DNA of 63,413 nt, counting the filler, from Octopus bimaculoides (lineage: Eukaryota), in assembly GCF_001194135.2 (NCBI RefSeq). It is 7 parts of 6 records of this genome, joined end to end, with 100 filler letters (N's around TTAATTAATTAA, not from the genome) between each part and the next. Parts side by side here need not be neighbours in the genome. Positions count along the whole stretch, not along the records: positions 1 to 11,591 come from NC_068985.1; positions 11,692 to 19,264 come from NC_069006.1; 5 more parts are not named here. One strand, given 5' to 3'. Of the stretch, positions 1 to 12,612 are shown piece by piece. Within the stretch, counting starts at the first letter, position 1, and each line of letters opens with the position of its first letter. A program made the translations under genes and the position numbers. The notes beneath the pieces were generated by a model. That model made no database searches, was not told the origin of the DNA, and worked only from the letters and a program-made list of their open reading frames with translations.

Positions 1-1035
1 TATATATATGTATGTATGTGTAAATATTTATGTGTGTGTGTGTCTTGCATCTGTGTTTGTCCTGACCACCATCACCTAACAACCGATATTGGTGTGTTTA
101 CATCCTTGTAACTTAACAGTTCGGCAAAAGCAACCGATAAGACAAGTACTAGGCTTACAAAGAATAAATCTAAAATCCTTTAAGGCGGTGCTCCAGCATG
201 GCCGTAGTCAAATGACTGAAACATGCAAAAGAACAAAAGAATACACACACACACACACACACACACATATGTGCAGCAGCAGCCGCTGCCGCCACTACCA
301 CCACCAACATCATCATTTTATGCCCTTTTTCCCATGCTGGCATGGGTTGGATGGTCAATAGGAACTGATGAAGGTGTCATGAGCTCTAATTTCTGCTTTG
401 GCATAGTTTCTACAGTCAGCTGTCCTTCCTAATATTTTATTGTGTTGAATTTAAATATTCCCTCCAGCTTGGAGTGGGTTAAAGGAAACCATTTAGGTGC
501 AGCGCTTACAGGCGCTTTTTTCTTCATGGCATTAGCGCAAGTGAGGTCACCAAGTACTCATAAGTCAAGACCCTCCTCCTCAACTGAGTTGGGTGTGTCA
601 CTGAAGGATTCAAAAGTATGATAGAGGGACAGGAATAAGTGTCTTGTTGAAGGGGTGAGTACATGGCTTCTCTAACTGGGAAGAGAAAAACGGTGAGGGT
701 GAAATCTCAAAGTACAAGGGAGAGAATAGGGATAGATGGACAGAACAGGTAGGTGGATGGGTTGGTAGGAAGGTGTGCTGAAGTGTGGAAAGAGTGTGAC
801 AGATGATAAGAGATGGAGAGAGAGGTGGATGCAGTGGGGGAAGGGGAAGTGAAGGAAGTAGGAATGGACCAGGGAAGAGAAGATAGGGGACAGTAATAGG
901 AATATAACGTGTGAAGTGTAGGGGAATAAATAGTGTCATTTACAACAACGGGAGTGAGTGGTGCTATAGTTAGAGGACGGATGGGATTTAGAAGAACAGT
1001 TGTGAGAGAAGGCTTAACAATAATAAGTCACTTAC

Positions 1036-1131
1036 CATCTGTTTGAAAATATAAACACCAGAAAAAGTCAAAGATGAAATATCCAACTGAAATAATTGCA
1101 ATGGACTCTTGAAAAGATGTGTTGGGTCCAC
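1036..1131 (-). CDS. TLCD5: TLCD5/TMEM136 next coding exon (96 nt, phase 1-1); remaining exons lie left of the window
   Basis: Not in the ORF track. Read manually: gatttcag|GT GGA CCC AAC ... GAT G|gtaagt gives (G)GPNTSFQESIAIISVGYFIFDFFWCLYFQTD(G). This continues the TMEM136 sequence (GSPNTPLQ...GYFIFDLGWCVYFQSEG), and its phase matches the previous exon. Confidence 0.88.
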
Positions 1132-1598
1132 CTGAAATCAACAATTATTTGATAAAATTTAGACATTAATTAAATAATTGATAAATAAAAAAAAGCAACA
1201 ACAACACTAGCCGCTGCCACCACCACCATTTTAAGGTTATTTTTTCCAAATAAAATGGAGTCAGCCATGTGACCCCCAGAACAGTGATTGCTATTTTAAA
1301 CCATCGTCAACATAGAATCCTCATGAAAGAGCTCTTAATAGTCACATGCCATTCTTGTTACCTTTTACTGAATGATGTTAATTAACTCTTTTAAAAATAT
1401 GAAAAAATTAATAACTAATTTGTGTGATTATAATTTTTCATGCTCTTAACTTGGATTATAGAGCTGAAATTATTTTGAACATTAACAAGCGCAGATTGCT
1501 TCTCAAAACCACAGTTTTAGGTTTAGTTCCAACACATGGAAGCTTGGGAAAGTATCTTCTAGAATGAGACAGAAATTGAAAGAAACCTGTTGTATATA

Positions 1599-1634
<36 letters not shown>

Positions 1635-2355
1635 TTTTGCTAGTTTCTTATCTTTCAATTCTATACCCAATTCAGTCAAGAGGTATAGAATTGAGATTGC
1701 TTGGTAACCTCACCAGTGCTGGTACCACATAAAAAGTATCCAGGACACTCTATGAAGTGATTTGCATTACAAAGGACATCCCACTACAGAAACGACACTA
1801 AAGCAGATATTAGAACTTAGGGCAGCCCTCCATCTCATCTGTTCACGACAACCCATACAACCCATGCCAGCATGAAAGAAAGGACATTAAGTGATGATGA
1901 TGATGGTGGTGGTGGCAGTGGAGTTGATGATAATGATGATGACAACAACAATGATGATGATGATGATGATATGTAGGTTTTCTGGACAATAAAAAGATTT
2001 AATTACTTTGAAATTCTCATGACTCTGCCAGCCTACATGAGAACTCACAGCACTTTTTATATATCCATTGTTTCTCAACACATTATTTTCCACGTATTTT
2101 CGTCCTTGGCTAACACAGCATGTCCTCTATGTAGTCTACTTTGCCAATAAACAAACTTTTTGCCATCACTCAGGACTATCTCATATTTTTAGTCGGGGAA
2201 AACTACATTATTTACTGCATCCTTCCTTTTGAAGTTATAAAGTATGATAAGAGAGAAACTTAGTAGCTATTTCTAGCAGGCTGACTGACCACATGAATTG
2301 TCCCACATTGTTGTATAGATCTAGATCAGCCCTAACTGAGCAAACCAATAATGAC

Positions 2356-2752
2356 TCTCTTTACTCTTTTACTTGTTTCAGCCATTTGACTGTGGCCATG
2401 CTGGAGCACCACCTTTAGCCGAGCAAATCGACCCCTCAGGACTTATTCTTTGGAAGCCTAGTACTTATTCTATCAGTCTCTTTTGCCGAATTGCTAAGTT
2501 ACAAGGAAGTAAATACACCAGCATCGGTTGTCAAGCGATGTTGGGGGACAAACACAGACACACACATACAAATATATATACATATATACGACGGGCTTCT
2601 TTCAGTTTCTCTCTACCAAATCTACTCACAAGGCTTTGATAGGCCTGAGGCTATAGTAGAAGACACTTGCCCAAGGTGCCACACAGTGGGACTGAACCCA
2701 GAACCATGTGGTTGGTAAGCAAACTACTTACCACCCAGCCACTCCTGCGCCT
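2356..2752 (-). mobile_element. tRNA-derived SINE, family A (head ggcgcaggagtggc...), near full length
   Basis: tRNA-like head with A/B box-like segments, body, internal (TA/CA)n and a tail ending in ...ggtgctccagcatggccacagtcaaatggctgaaacaagtaaaaga. Related pieces at about 50-240 (+), 25462-25620 (+), 26450-26600 (-), 27040-27180 (-) and 46150-46320 (+). Confidence 0.8.
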
Positions 2753-3115
2753 ATATGACAGTTATTTTTTATTTTTTTCTTTTGCAAAGGAAACTGCATT
2801 CAGGACTACATTATCTGAGATTTTTTTACAGACAGCAGGGAGTATATAACAGGAGAGAGATTTTGCTGCTATTTCTAGCAGGATGAGTTACCATCTAGAG
2901 ACTTCTTTGTGCCATGTAAAAATTATCCATGCTTGTGCCACCTATGCCAGTGGTGCATAAAAAAGTCCATTGCCCCTCAACTTACCAGCCCTGGTTAAAC
3001 TCTCCAACCCATGCTAGTATGGACAACAGATCCTAAATGATGATGTAAACAATATTACAATATTATACAATATGACATTATAAAAAACAGTATTATGACA
3101 TTATGAAGTATTTAC

Positions 3116-3302
3116 CTGCATCTGTAAAAGGCCATGGACCTTGAATAAAAGTGCAGTAGTATGAGAGAGAGGTTATCAGCAGTGCGTGTAGCAGACTTAC
3201 AGAACGACATGACCATTCATATGACTTGCTTCTCCAAAAGTAACACACGAAACAATAGAGACTTGTCCACAGAGATGATGTCAGTACAACTTGAGTTAAC
3301 AT
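3116..3302 (-). CDS. TLCD5: TLC domain-containing protein 5 (TMEM136), first visible coding exon
   Basis: Translation MLTQVVLTSSLWTSLYCFVCYFWRSKSYEWSCRSVSLLHALLITSLSYYCTFIQGPWPFTDA-G matches the TMEM136 N-terminus as recalled (WLSLY...RSYEWSCRLVTFTHG...GPWPFT). Acceptor ttttccag precedes 3323, ATG at 3302, phase-1 donor CAG|GTAAAT after 3116. The frame is open from 3323, so an upstream coding exon is possible. Confidence 0.88.
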
Positions 3303-4687
3303 ACCATTCACTTGAAATGTTTCCTGGAAAAGTAAGAATATAATAGAAACATGAATATTTCTAAGTCTCTCTAAAGAAGACTACGGCAGCGGTACTGGAT
3401 ATTAATAGTTATTGCCAAGCTAACATGGCAGTCCAGGAAAATGGAACGAATGCTGCCGTTGATTAGATCCAAGAGGCCATCACCTCTAGCTAGCTATATA
3501 TTATTAGAAAACAAATTTTTATCTTCCTCTCTACCTTGAAATACATTCAGTTTGTCAAATATCATGATCTCAAATAGAAGCTTAGGCCTTTCATGACAAT
3601 ATTTCTAATGAAATTCATTGTCAATTATGAAAATGCCTTGGAAGGATTAGTAAAATAATAAACTTACTCATTAAGGATTAGTAAAATGAAATTTTGGCGG
3701 AGGGGTGAGCAGTAGATTAGATTGACCCCAGTATGCATCTGGTACTTAATTTATTGACCCCAAAAGAAGAAAGGCAAAGTCAACCTTGGTGGAATTTGAG
3801 CTCAAAAGAAAGACAGACAATCTCTTGTTATGAAGACATTGTCATGACAGGAGGACACTAACTGCTGGTGTGTGTGTGTGTTTGGATAATGTTGGCTTGT
3901 AGTAGATGTCATTAAAGGAGAGCCCTGAGGAAGTGTTGGCTAGAATTACATGTATAAAGAAGGAGCCTATTGAGTTTAAACAGAACCAGTGTGACACCAT
4001 TGGGATGGTAAAAAGAGTAGAAAGATACAGATGGTGAAGAAGGGAGAATTAAGTATGAGAACATAACCCAGGCATCTTACAAGCGCTTAAAAGAATTCAT
4101 TGTATGAGTCTTTTTATAGTTTACTTCAGTGCATTTGTCAAATATAGTGTTCCTTCGCTGTCAGCTTGCTTGTAATCCTACTTCACCCGAAATGCATGAA
4201 TAATATAAACAGATATATCATAATTTTTACCAAATTCTTTTTGAATATTGAGCATGGCTATTTCTATGATGATAGTAGAGACTTATATTTTGTTTTCCTT
4301 ATTAAAACTTGCGCCTGTTCAACATACTTTGAGACTTCATGCTTGTAGATCTGATTCCTTGTGCATACATGTGGGTTTATGCAGATGTACAAAGGAATCA
4401 GACCTTTTATTTCCAATTTTTAGACCTTTCATGAGTTTCTTGGGCTGCATGAGAAAGTAAATGAATGACATCTACAAACATTTAACAGAAGAATTTATTA
4501 TTGCACAGAGTTAAACTGTGTTGGTCTTTTATGAATAACAACAGCCATAATTACATACTGGGAGAGATACACTGCATGGAATTTACAATAAGCTCACTGA
4601 TACTGCAACGTGTGGCTAACTCAATATAACTGAAAGCAATTGAGTTATATTTGTGATGATGGAGTTTCCTGTTGTCTATCTATCATG

Positions 4688-4844
4688 TCTTAACTGTCTT
4701 CCTGGGTCGTCTATCTGCCATTTGTCTTAACCATCTTCCTGGGTCGTCTACCTGTCATCTGTCTTAACCATTTTCCTTGGTCATCTATCTGCCACCTGTC
4801 TTAACTATCTTCCCGGGTCGTCTATCAACCACCTGTGTTAACCG
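4688..4844. repeat. 37-bp minisatellite, four copies plus a partial copy
   Basis: Unit tcttaactgtcttcctgggtcgtctatctgccatttg recurs at 4688, 4725, 4762 and 4799, with a partial copy at 4836. Confidence 0.9.
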
Positions 4845-7307
4845 TTTATGACAAAAATTTGTGACAAGAACAGAGACACATTGCACATTTGCTTCAACAT
4901 TCTGCCTGGTAAAAAGTGAGATGTGAATGAGTTGGCTACTCTCAACAGTCTGCACAGTGTGTTGGATCCATAAGTGGATTTTCTATAAGGTATAAGAATA
5001 TTCTAAAAAACTGACTCATGCAATGGCTTGACTCTGACTGGTTGTTTAATATACCAATCACATGAAATTATTGTGGTTTAGCTTTGGTCAGACTGGTTCC
5101 CCAATGGTTTGACCTCGAGTCACCGCAGACCATGCACTAACCACAATTCCTAGTCTTTCCTCCTCAAAGCATCGTCTCTCTGGAATCTCCTCCCAGTTCA
5201 TATCTTTTCCCTATGTGTCAAGTTACAATTGTCTGAATGGAACATAAATGGCATTAATCTCACCCATATCAGAGAGCCTGCTAAGGTAATGGGCACTGCC
5301 CCTTCAACAACAGCTAGTAAATTAAATAAAGTGTGTGTGTGTGTGTGTGTACGCGCGCGCATTTTTAAGAGTTTTCGCTTAAAATCCAGTGTTATGTGAA
5401 AAAACGTAACTGAGTCATTTGATAAATAGAGATAAAATAAGTAGTGAAGTGAAATATGTAATACAATCAATGTGATTGACTAAAACCACGAAGGTGGTAG
5501 CCCCTGCATGACCCCAGTTCGATGAATGAAACCGGTTATTGAGTAAATAAAAAATAATAATCCCAGACACACGCACGCATGCACGACCCAAATATTACAT
5601 AAATAACCTTAGTTTTATGAATACTCTACCTAGTTAAAAGTGGTAGCACGGGTGGTAGATATTTTTAGATGCTTGGCTATTGCTGGGACGCACAAATGCA
5701 TAAACACTGGGAGCGGCGATAATATTTCGGACTGTTAAATTTAATTTTCTACATGAAGATACGCATCAAGCCAACGATATATCAGGAATGCAAACGTCTC
5801 AATTAAAATTTATTAACAAGAAACAGTACCTGAACTAGCCACAGCACACCGAGTTTTCTATTTCCTGATTGCAGTTAGTTTCAAATAATAAGAATACACG
5901 AAGCACCTAAACAACCACCCCCACTGCCTTATAATTGGATATAAAGGGGAACAACTCTTAAAAGACCTGAAATTTTCCATTGCGACTCGCCATAACAAAT
6001 ACACCTGTATATAAAACGATATATCTATATTATATTCATTTCATTAAAATCTGCAACACTGATTTAGTTACTATTTCTATTTTTACCAGCATTTGTAGTT
6101 CCTGCTTTACCCATCCACATAACGCTGTACCTAAGTTGAGCAAACGAGACATCTTGACGCAGTCGCTAGGTCTGGTAAAAATAGCAGCCAAACCCTCTTT
6201 CAGCCATAGACTACCTTTAGGTTGTGCTACCGTAGATATACTATGTCTGTATGGTCACGGGTGGAATGAATTTTGATCTGAAGTTTATTCGACCAGAATT
6301 GACTCAGGCTATGCACTAACAATGTAGTGCACAGAGAAATTCCTAACAACATGTATATGTTGGATGAAAAGAAGTTGTGTGGTTAAGAGTTTTGTTTTGT
6401 AACTATATGATTCTGTGTTCAATCTCACTGCACTGTACTTTGGTGTTGGATAACCCAATATCTTGTGACTACAATGTTGTAGACAAAAAGCTGTGCAGTG
6501 CAGAAGTCCATCGGATATACTATCTCCAACTCCGAGATGCATAAACAGAACCTTCGCTAACATAATACACATCTAATTTCGTGTACAAACGATGCACCGA
6601 CCAAAATTATAGTTAGGCTTAATTCATTCCGTGATCAGTTAATAAAAAGCTGAATGCTCACAAAGGGTCATGATCATTTACAGACACACTAACCTCTGGG
6701 TAGTGTATATAGCATTATTAGAATACTATTATTAATGAACTGTACGTTTAGCATTTTCGATGTATTAGAAGATAAGATTATCGATTGATCTAAAGACGCG
6801 AGTGAGAAATAACAGAGAACTGTATAGCTGCTACTATACACTCACTACATCACACACAGAGACGGACATGCGGCTCTTGCTATCATTACACTAGTCTTCG
6901 GTGTTGACAAGCGTGGCTTTTGTTGGCAAGCGTGGCTTTTCGCTCATTTAGCCATCTCATTCGTTTGAATATAGAAGAAGCAATTCTCGCCGAATGAGAA
7001 AATGAAATTAATGACAGCTAACTTGTATGTAAACAAAGCTGTTACAATTGAATGATCACAAGTTTACGACCGATAAGATTCAAGACCCTTTTTTACTTTG
7101 CTAAACTGCAGATAGTATCATTTCGCTTTCTTTTAGCTGGCGACGAACATTACTTTTTTTTTTTTTTTTTTTTTTTTNNNNNNNNNNNNNNNNNNNNNNN
7201 NNNNNNNNNNNNNNNNNNNNNNNNNNNNNNNNNNNNNNNNNNNNNNNNNNNNNNNNNNNNNNNNNNNNNNNNNNNNNNNNNNNNNNNNNNNNNNNNNNNN
7301 NNNNNNN

Positions 7308-7339
<32 letters not shown>

Positions 7340-8831
7340 AGGCTGGTCCCGAAATAATTCTACAACAAAAATGAACAAATACAAAACCACAGAAGTTTAT
7401 AACACAACAAACTATCCAGTCGTAACAACGATGAACAAAAAAAAAAAAAAAAAAAAAAATTCGCCGGTTGTCAAACGAAATGATACTAAGCATGTTTTAC
7501 AAAATGAAAGTGGAGCGCTATACTCAACGATCGTCCGTAAGCCCAAAAAGGGCGTGGTGATCACGGTCAGAACACCTTTCTTCATGGGTCAGTTAACTTT
7601 GCATTAAATAATAACACTCAAAAATATTATTATATCAGAGAGCTAATATTGAAAAAGAAATTTTAGTTACCGATAGTGTACTTATAAAAATATGGATCAG
7701 TTCCGGGCCGAACAGGATAGCTGCGTTAGCATGACTTTACAGGGTGGACTTCCTTGGAGATACAGACAGCAGCGAAGGCCGTTAAAGGGTGGGGTTTATC
7801 GCTGGGTACACACCAAATGGGTGTGGGACAACTTCCTTAGAGATTCTGTCTGCAGTGAAGGCCGTTCGCGTCGTTTATTCGTTGAAATGTAGCTAATATG
7901 TGTTTGTAAACACTGCGGTAGTGGTTATACGTTAGAAAAACGGAAAGAAGAGCATACAGACATTACGTCATCGAATTAGGTTATGGGTTCGTCCAATTTT
8001 TTTTTTTTGTGTGTAATTCTTAGTTTTATAAAATTAAAGAAGCTAAAAAAAAAATCGAAAATCTACCATAAATTCTTTGCTGCTTTTTATATTTTTCTGC
8101 AGTCAGTAGCGATGTTGTTAATTAGCTTCAGATCAACCTGAAAATGCAGATTCAAAACGAACACAGTCGACACCTCATGCTTTATAATTTAAAATGGCAA
8201 AACAGCGGCGGAAACCTGCAGGAAGACATGCGTTGTGTTCGGAAACGATGCTGTTACTAAACACGTGCGCTAGAAGTGGTTTACAAGATGTCGATTGGAA
8301 AATTTTCCGGTCAAAATGCACCTTGCTCTGGCCATCCAACTGAAATCAACAGCGATATAAAACCCCGTTATACAACCTGGATTGTCGCAGATATTCCGCA
8401 AATATCTCGTGAGTCCCATCCTGGAACCTATGGTTCACTCTCGATGCATTCACACAAAATATTTCAAAACACACACTTGTATGACTCTAAGAAGTATGTA
8501 ACAATAAACAACAATAAGAAATTGGTGAACACAAAGTAACGGTTACGCAAAATATTGTTATATGTTCGCAGACTATTATAATTAACATGTGATTTATTTT
8601 AATGAAACATAACCTTGTTGCCATTAAAATGTTATTGAGTATTTTGTTACTTTCATAATAAAGTAAAAGTAACGACACTTGTGTAAAAAAAAAAAGAAAA
8701 AATCGGTTAATGTTTACATCTTGACATTAACCCATTTGGTTAGTTTAAATTAATCAAATTAGGCTGGCTATCTATCTATATATCTATCTATCTGTCTGTC
8801 TATGTGTATGTGTGCATGTGTATGTGAGTGT

Positions 8832-9155
8832 GGTGAAGGTGCATGGCTTAGTGGTTAGGGCATTCGGCTCGCGATTGTAAGGTCGTGAGTTCAATTCCCG
8901 GCGACGCGTTGTGTCCTTGAGCAAGACACTTTATTTCACGTTGCTCCAGTCCACTCAGATGGCAAAAAATTAGTAGTACCTGTATTTCAAAGGGCCGGCC
9001 TTGTCACACTCTGTGCCGCGCTGAGTCTCCCTGAGAACTACGTTAGCGGTACACGTGTCTGTGGATTGCTCAGCCACTTGCACATTAATTTCACGAGCAA
9101 GCTGTTCTGCTGATCGTATCAGCTGGGACTCTCGTCGTCGTAACTGACGGAGTGC
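8832..9155 (+). mobile_element. tRNA-derived SINE, family B (head type 1)
   Basis: tRNA-like head (tggcttagtggttag...gagttcaattccc), then gtgtccttgagcaagacact and a tail ending gtcgtaactgacggagtgc that is shared with the copies at 9233-9593 and 48902-49270. Confidence 0.8.
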
Positions 9156-9232
9156 TCCTTTGTGAGTGTGTATGTATACATATATATATGCCTATGTGTG
9201 CGTATGTGTATACATACTTATGCATATGCGTG

Positions 9233-9593
9233 GCACTCCGTCGGTTACGAAGAGGGTTCCAGTTGATCCGATCAACGGAGCAGCCTGTTCGTGAAATTAA
9301 CGTGCAAGCGGGTGAGCACTCCCCAGACGAGTGTACCCTTAACGTACAGCGTGACACAGAGTGTGACAAGGCTGGCCCTTTGAAATACAGGTACAACAGA
9401 AACAGGAACAAAAGGTGAGAAAAAGTTGTGGTAAAAGTGTACAGCAGGGTTCGCCACCGCCCCTTGCCGGAGCCTCGTGGAACTTTAGGTGTTTCCACTC
9501 AATAAACACTCACAACGCCTCGTCTGGGAATCGAAACTGTGATACTACCACCGCGATCCCGCTGCCCTAACCACTGAGCCATTGCGCTTCCAC
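9233..9593 (-). mobile_element. tRNA-derived SINE, family B (head type 2), tail-to-tail with the previous copy
   Basis: The reverse complement matches the plus-strand copy at 48902-49270 over head, body and tail. Confidence 0.8.
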
Positions 9594-9753
9594 CTTATGT
9601 ATATACTTAATCTCTCTATCGGTGTGTATGTGTGTGTGTGTGATGAATGAACTAGGATCGGTTTTATCCGTTATCAACGTCATCAATATGGATGAACCAC
9701 TTAGCAATAATTTTTGGATACGAGATATAGCTGACGACGACAATATATATATA

Positions 9754-11591
9754 TCTATACTATAAAAGGCAAATCTACTCTGTGTGTGTGTATGCTTAAA
9801 ATTCATACATTTACACAATTCTAAATTTCTTTGATTAAACAATCGCAATTAATATTCTAAATACAATAAGTTAGGTCACTGCGTCATTTTTTCACTCCAA
9901 AAATGTCCTAATAATGAATAAAATCCGTAAAACTACGGCGGTAAACATTTTCTCCCTAATAAAATCTAATTTCCTCTTTCTAATACAAATCCTTTCAACT
10001 CCTACTTTCTCTTATGAAGCTTTACGAAAAATCCAACAACAAATACAAAAAGAAAGGAAGGAGAAAAAGAAAACTATCAAAACTGAAACAATCACATTTC
10101 GATACTGTGATGACAGATACTAAAACTACATACAGAATTACTTTGCCCCTCTAAAATTAACTATTTCTATTCCTCTTACACATCGTTTCAATTGCTACNN
10201 NNNNNNNNNNNNNNNNNNNNNNNNNNNNNNNNNNNNNNNNNNNNNNNNNNNNNNNNNNNNNNNNNNNNNNNNNNNNNNNNNNNNNNNNNNNNNNNNNNNN
10301 NNNNNNNNNNNNNNNNNNNNNNNNNNNNNNNNNNNNNNNNNNNNNNNNNNNNNNNNNNNNNNNNNNNNNNNNNNNNNNNNNNNNNNNNNNNNNNNNNNNN
10401 NNNNNNNNNNNNNNNNNNNNNNNNNNNNNNNNNNNNNNNNNNNNNNNNNNNNNNNNNNNNNNNNNNNNNNNNNNNNNNNNNNNNNNNNNNNNNNNNNNNN
10501 NNNNNNNNNNNNNNNNNNNNNNNNNNNNNNNNNNNNNNNNNNNNNNNNNNNNNNNNNNNNNNNNNNNNNNNNNNNNNNNNNNNNNNNNNNNNNNNNNNNN
10601 NNNNNNNNNNNNNNNNNNNNNNNNNNNNNNNNNNNNNNNNNNNNNNNNNNNNNNNNNNNNNNNNNNNNNNNNNNNNNNNNNNNNNNNNNNNNNNNNNNNN
10701 NNNNNNACATACAAATACACAGATACATGCAAATACCTGTCACTTAGAAGAAGCTGCGATCAGATTCCTACATCCATTTGTGTGATGGCATCAATAATGA
10801 CGCTGACCCAAGAAACATCGGCAAAATGTGCATTCTCCCCTCAACATATATACACGGGGGCCACAATACATGCACGAGCGAACACAAGACGCTATGACTT
10901 TCGTTCGGCACTATGGACGCCCTGATTTATTCATCATGTTTACATGTAACCCCAAGTGGGTTGAGGTAACACGGGAACTTCTCCCACACCAGCAGTACTG
11001 CCATCGGCATGATCTTATTGCCAGAATTTTCAAGCAGAAGCTGACTACGCTAATTGATTTCATAAAAAAAGGGCAGGTGTTTGGCCCTGTTAAGTGTCAC
11101 ATGTATACTGTTGAGTGGCAGAAGAGAGGGTTGCCACACGCACACATTTTGGTTTGGTTGGTCACCAAAATAGACCCTACACTTATAGATGAAATCATCA
11201 AAGCACAAATCCCAAACCTCACTGTTGACCGGCAGCTGTACGACATTGTCAAGGCACACATTATGCATGGTCCGTGCGGTCCCGGTTTTCAAAAATTCTC
11301 ATGCCACAAAGACCATGTGTGCACTAAACGATACCCAAAGAGTTTCGTGGACGAGACCCAGACCGCTGGTGATGGATATCCACTGTACAGACGAAGGCGG
11401 CCTGAGAATGGGGGATTCACTATAACCTTACGGGGTCATCAAGTTGATAATAGATGGGTGGTCCCATACTGTCCATTACTGATGACAATTTTCAACGCTC
11501 ATATAAATGTGGAGTTCTGTCATTCAGTATTTATGTTAACAAGGGTTCGGACGCTGCCATGTTCGGCCTTCAAAAGGACAATAGCATGGAC
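9754..11591 (+). mobile_element. Helitron, 5' end plus degenerate Rep (HUH endonuclease) region, interrupted by gaps
   Basis: Candidate 5' terminus A|TCTATACTATAAAA followed by (TG)n at 9754. Rep motifs: KKLRSDSYIHL, ILPSTYTRGPQYM (frameshifted), FTCNPKW (motif 1), VEWQKRGLPHAHIL (HUH motif 2), HGPCG, KRYPK, YPLYRRR, DNRWVVPY, HINVEFC, then a frameshifted YVNKGSD. The Rep call is firm; linking it to the 5' end across a gap is inferred. Confidence 0.9.
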
Positions 11592-11691
11592 NNNNNNNNN
11601 NNNNNNNNNNNNNNNNNNNNNNNNNNNNNNNNNNNTTAATTAATTAANNNNNNNNNNNNNNNNNNNNNNNNNNNNNNNNNNNNNNNNNNNN

Positions 11692-11732
<41 letters not shown>

Positions 11733-11925
11733 CGTATGTCTGCTTTCTTCTCTTTCTGTGTCTCTCTCCCACTTCCCAATATAATCCAGATATGTCACAA
11801 ACCATCCATTTATGAATGGCTTGGCGCTAATGAAGGCAAATGAATTATGTGGTTGCCGACGAGAGAGAGAGAGAGATAAAGCCAAAGCCAAAGCCAGACA
11901 GAGAGAGAGAGAGAGAGATAAAGCC

Positions 11926-11956
<31 letters not shown>

Positions 11957-12307
11957 TTGTTCTCTATGGTTGGCATTCCCAAAGGTGTGTGGGGATTGGT
12001 TGGTAAATATGTTGTCCTTGTTTTAGATGTCTCTGGAGATTCTTTCAGACAACGGTTCTGTTAAAAACCAAAAACTACAAGAACATTTCTATAAAACATA
12101 AAGAACGAACCATAAATATTTCTTAAGATAAAAGAGCGGTGCTAATGATTTCTTGTGTAAGCGATTACGTATGTGTGTTACGCGGTGGTGTATGTATGTA
12201 TGTATGTCTGTATGTATTTATGTAATATATGCATGTGTATATGTATTTAATGTATGTTATGTGTATATGTGCGTATTTGTTATATATCTACGTAAGGTAT
12301 ATGTATG

Positions 12308-12354
<47 letters not shown>

Positions 12355-12558
12355 GTACTGTATGCATTCATGTAATATATCTATATATGCGTGTATGAAT
12401 GTGATGTTTGTGTGTGCGTGTATGTATATGCAACCGCATACGCATAATGACGGATTCATAAATGCAATAAGCACACACGCGTGTGCGTGTGTGTAAATAT
12501 TGAATATTTACATTTGTGTCTGAATGCGCGAGTGAATACGTATATGAATATGTATTTC

Positions 12559-12612
<54 letters not shown>

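Noticed and set aside
5560-8700. Candidate TLCD5 promoter or non-coding first exon (donor-like gttcag|gtactg near 5830; CRE-like and YY1-like motifs near 7965 and 8195)
   Set aside because: Only short motifs that are expected by chance; cannot be placed without transcript data.
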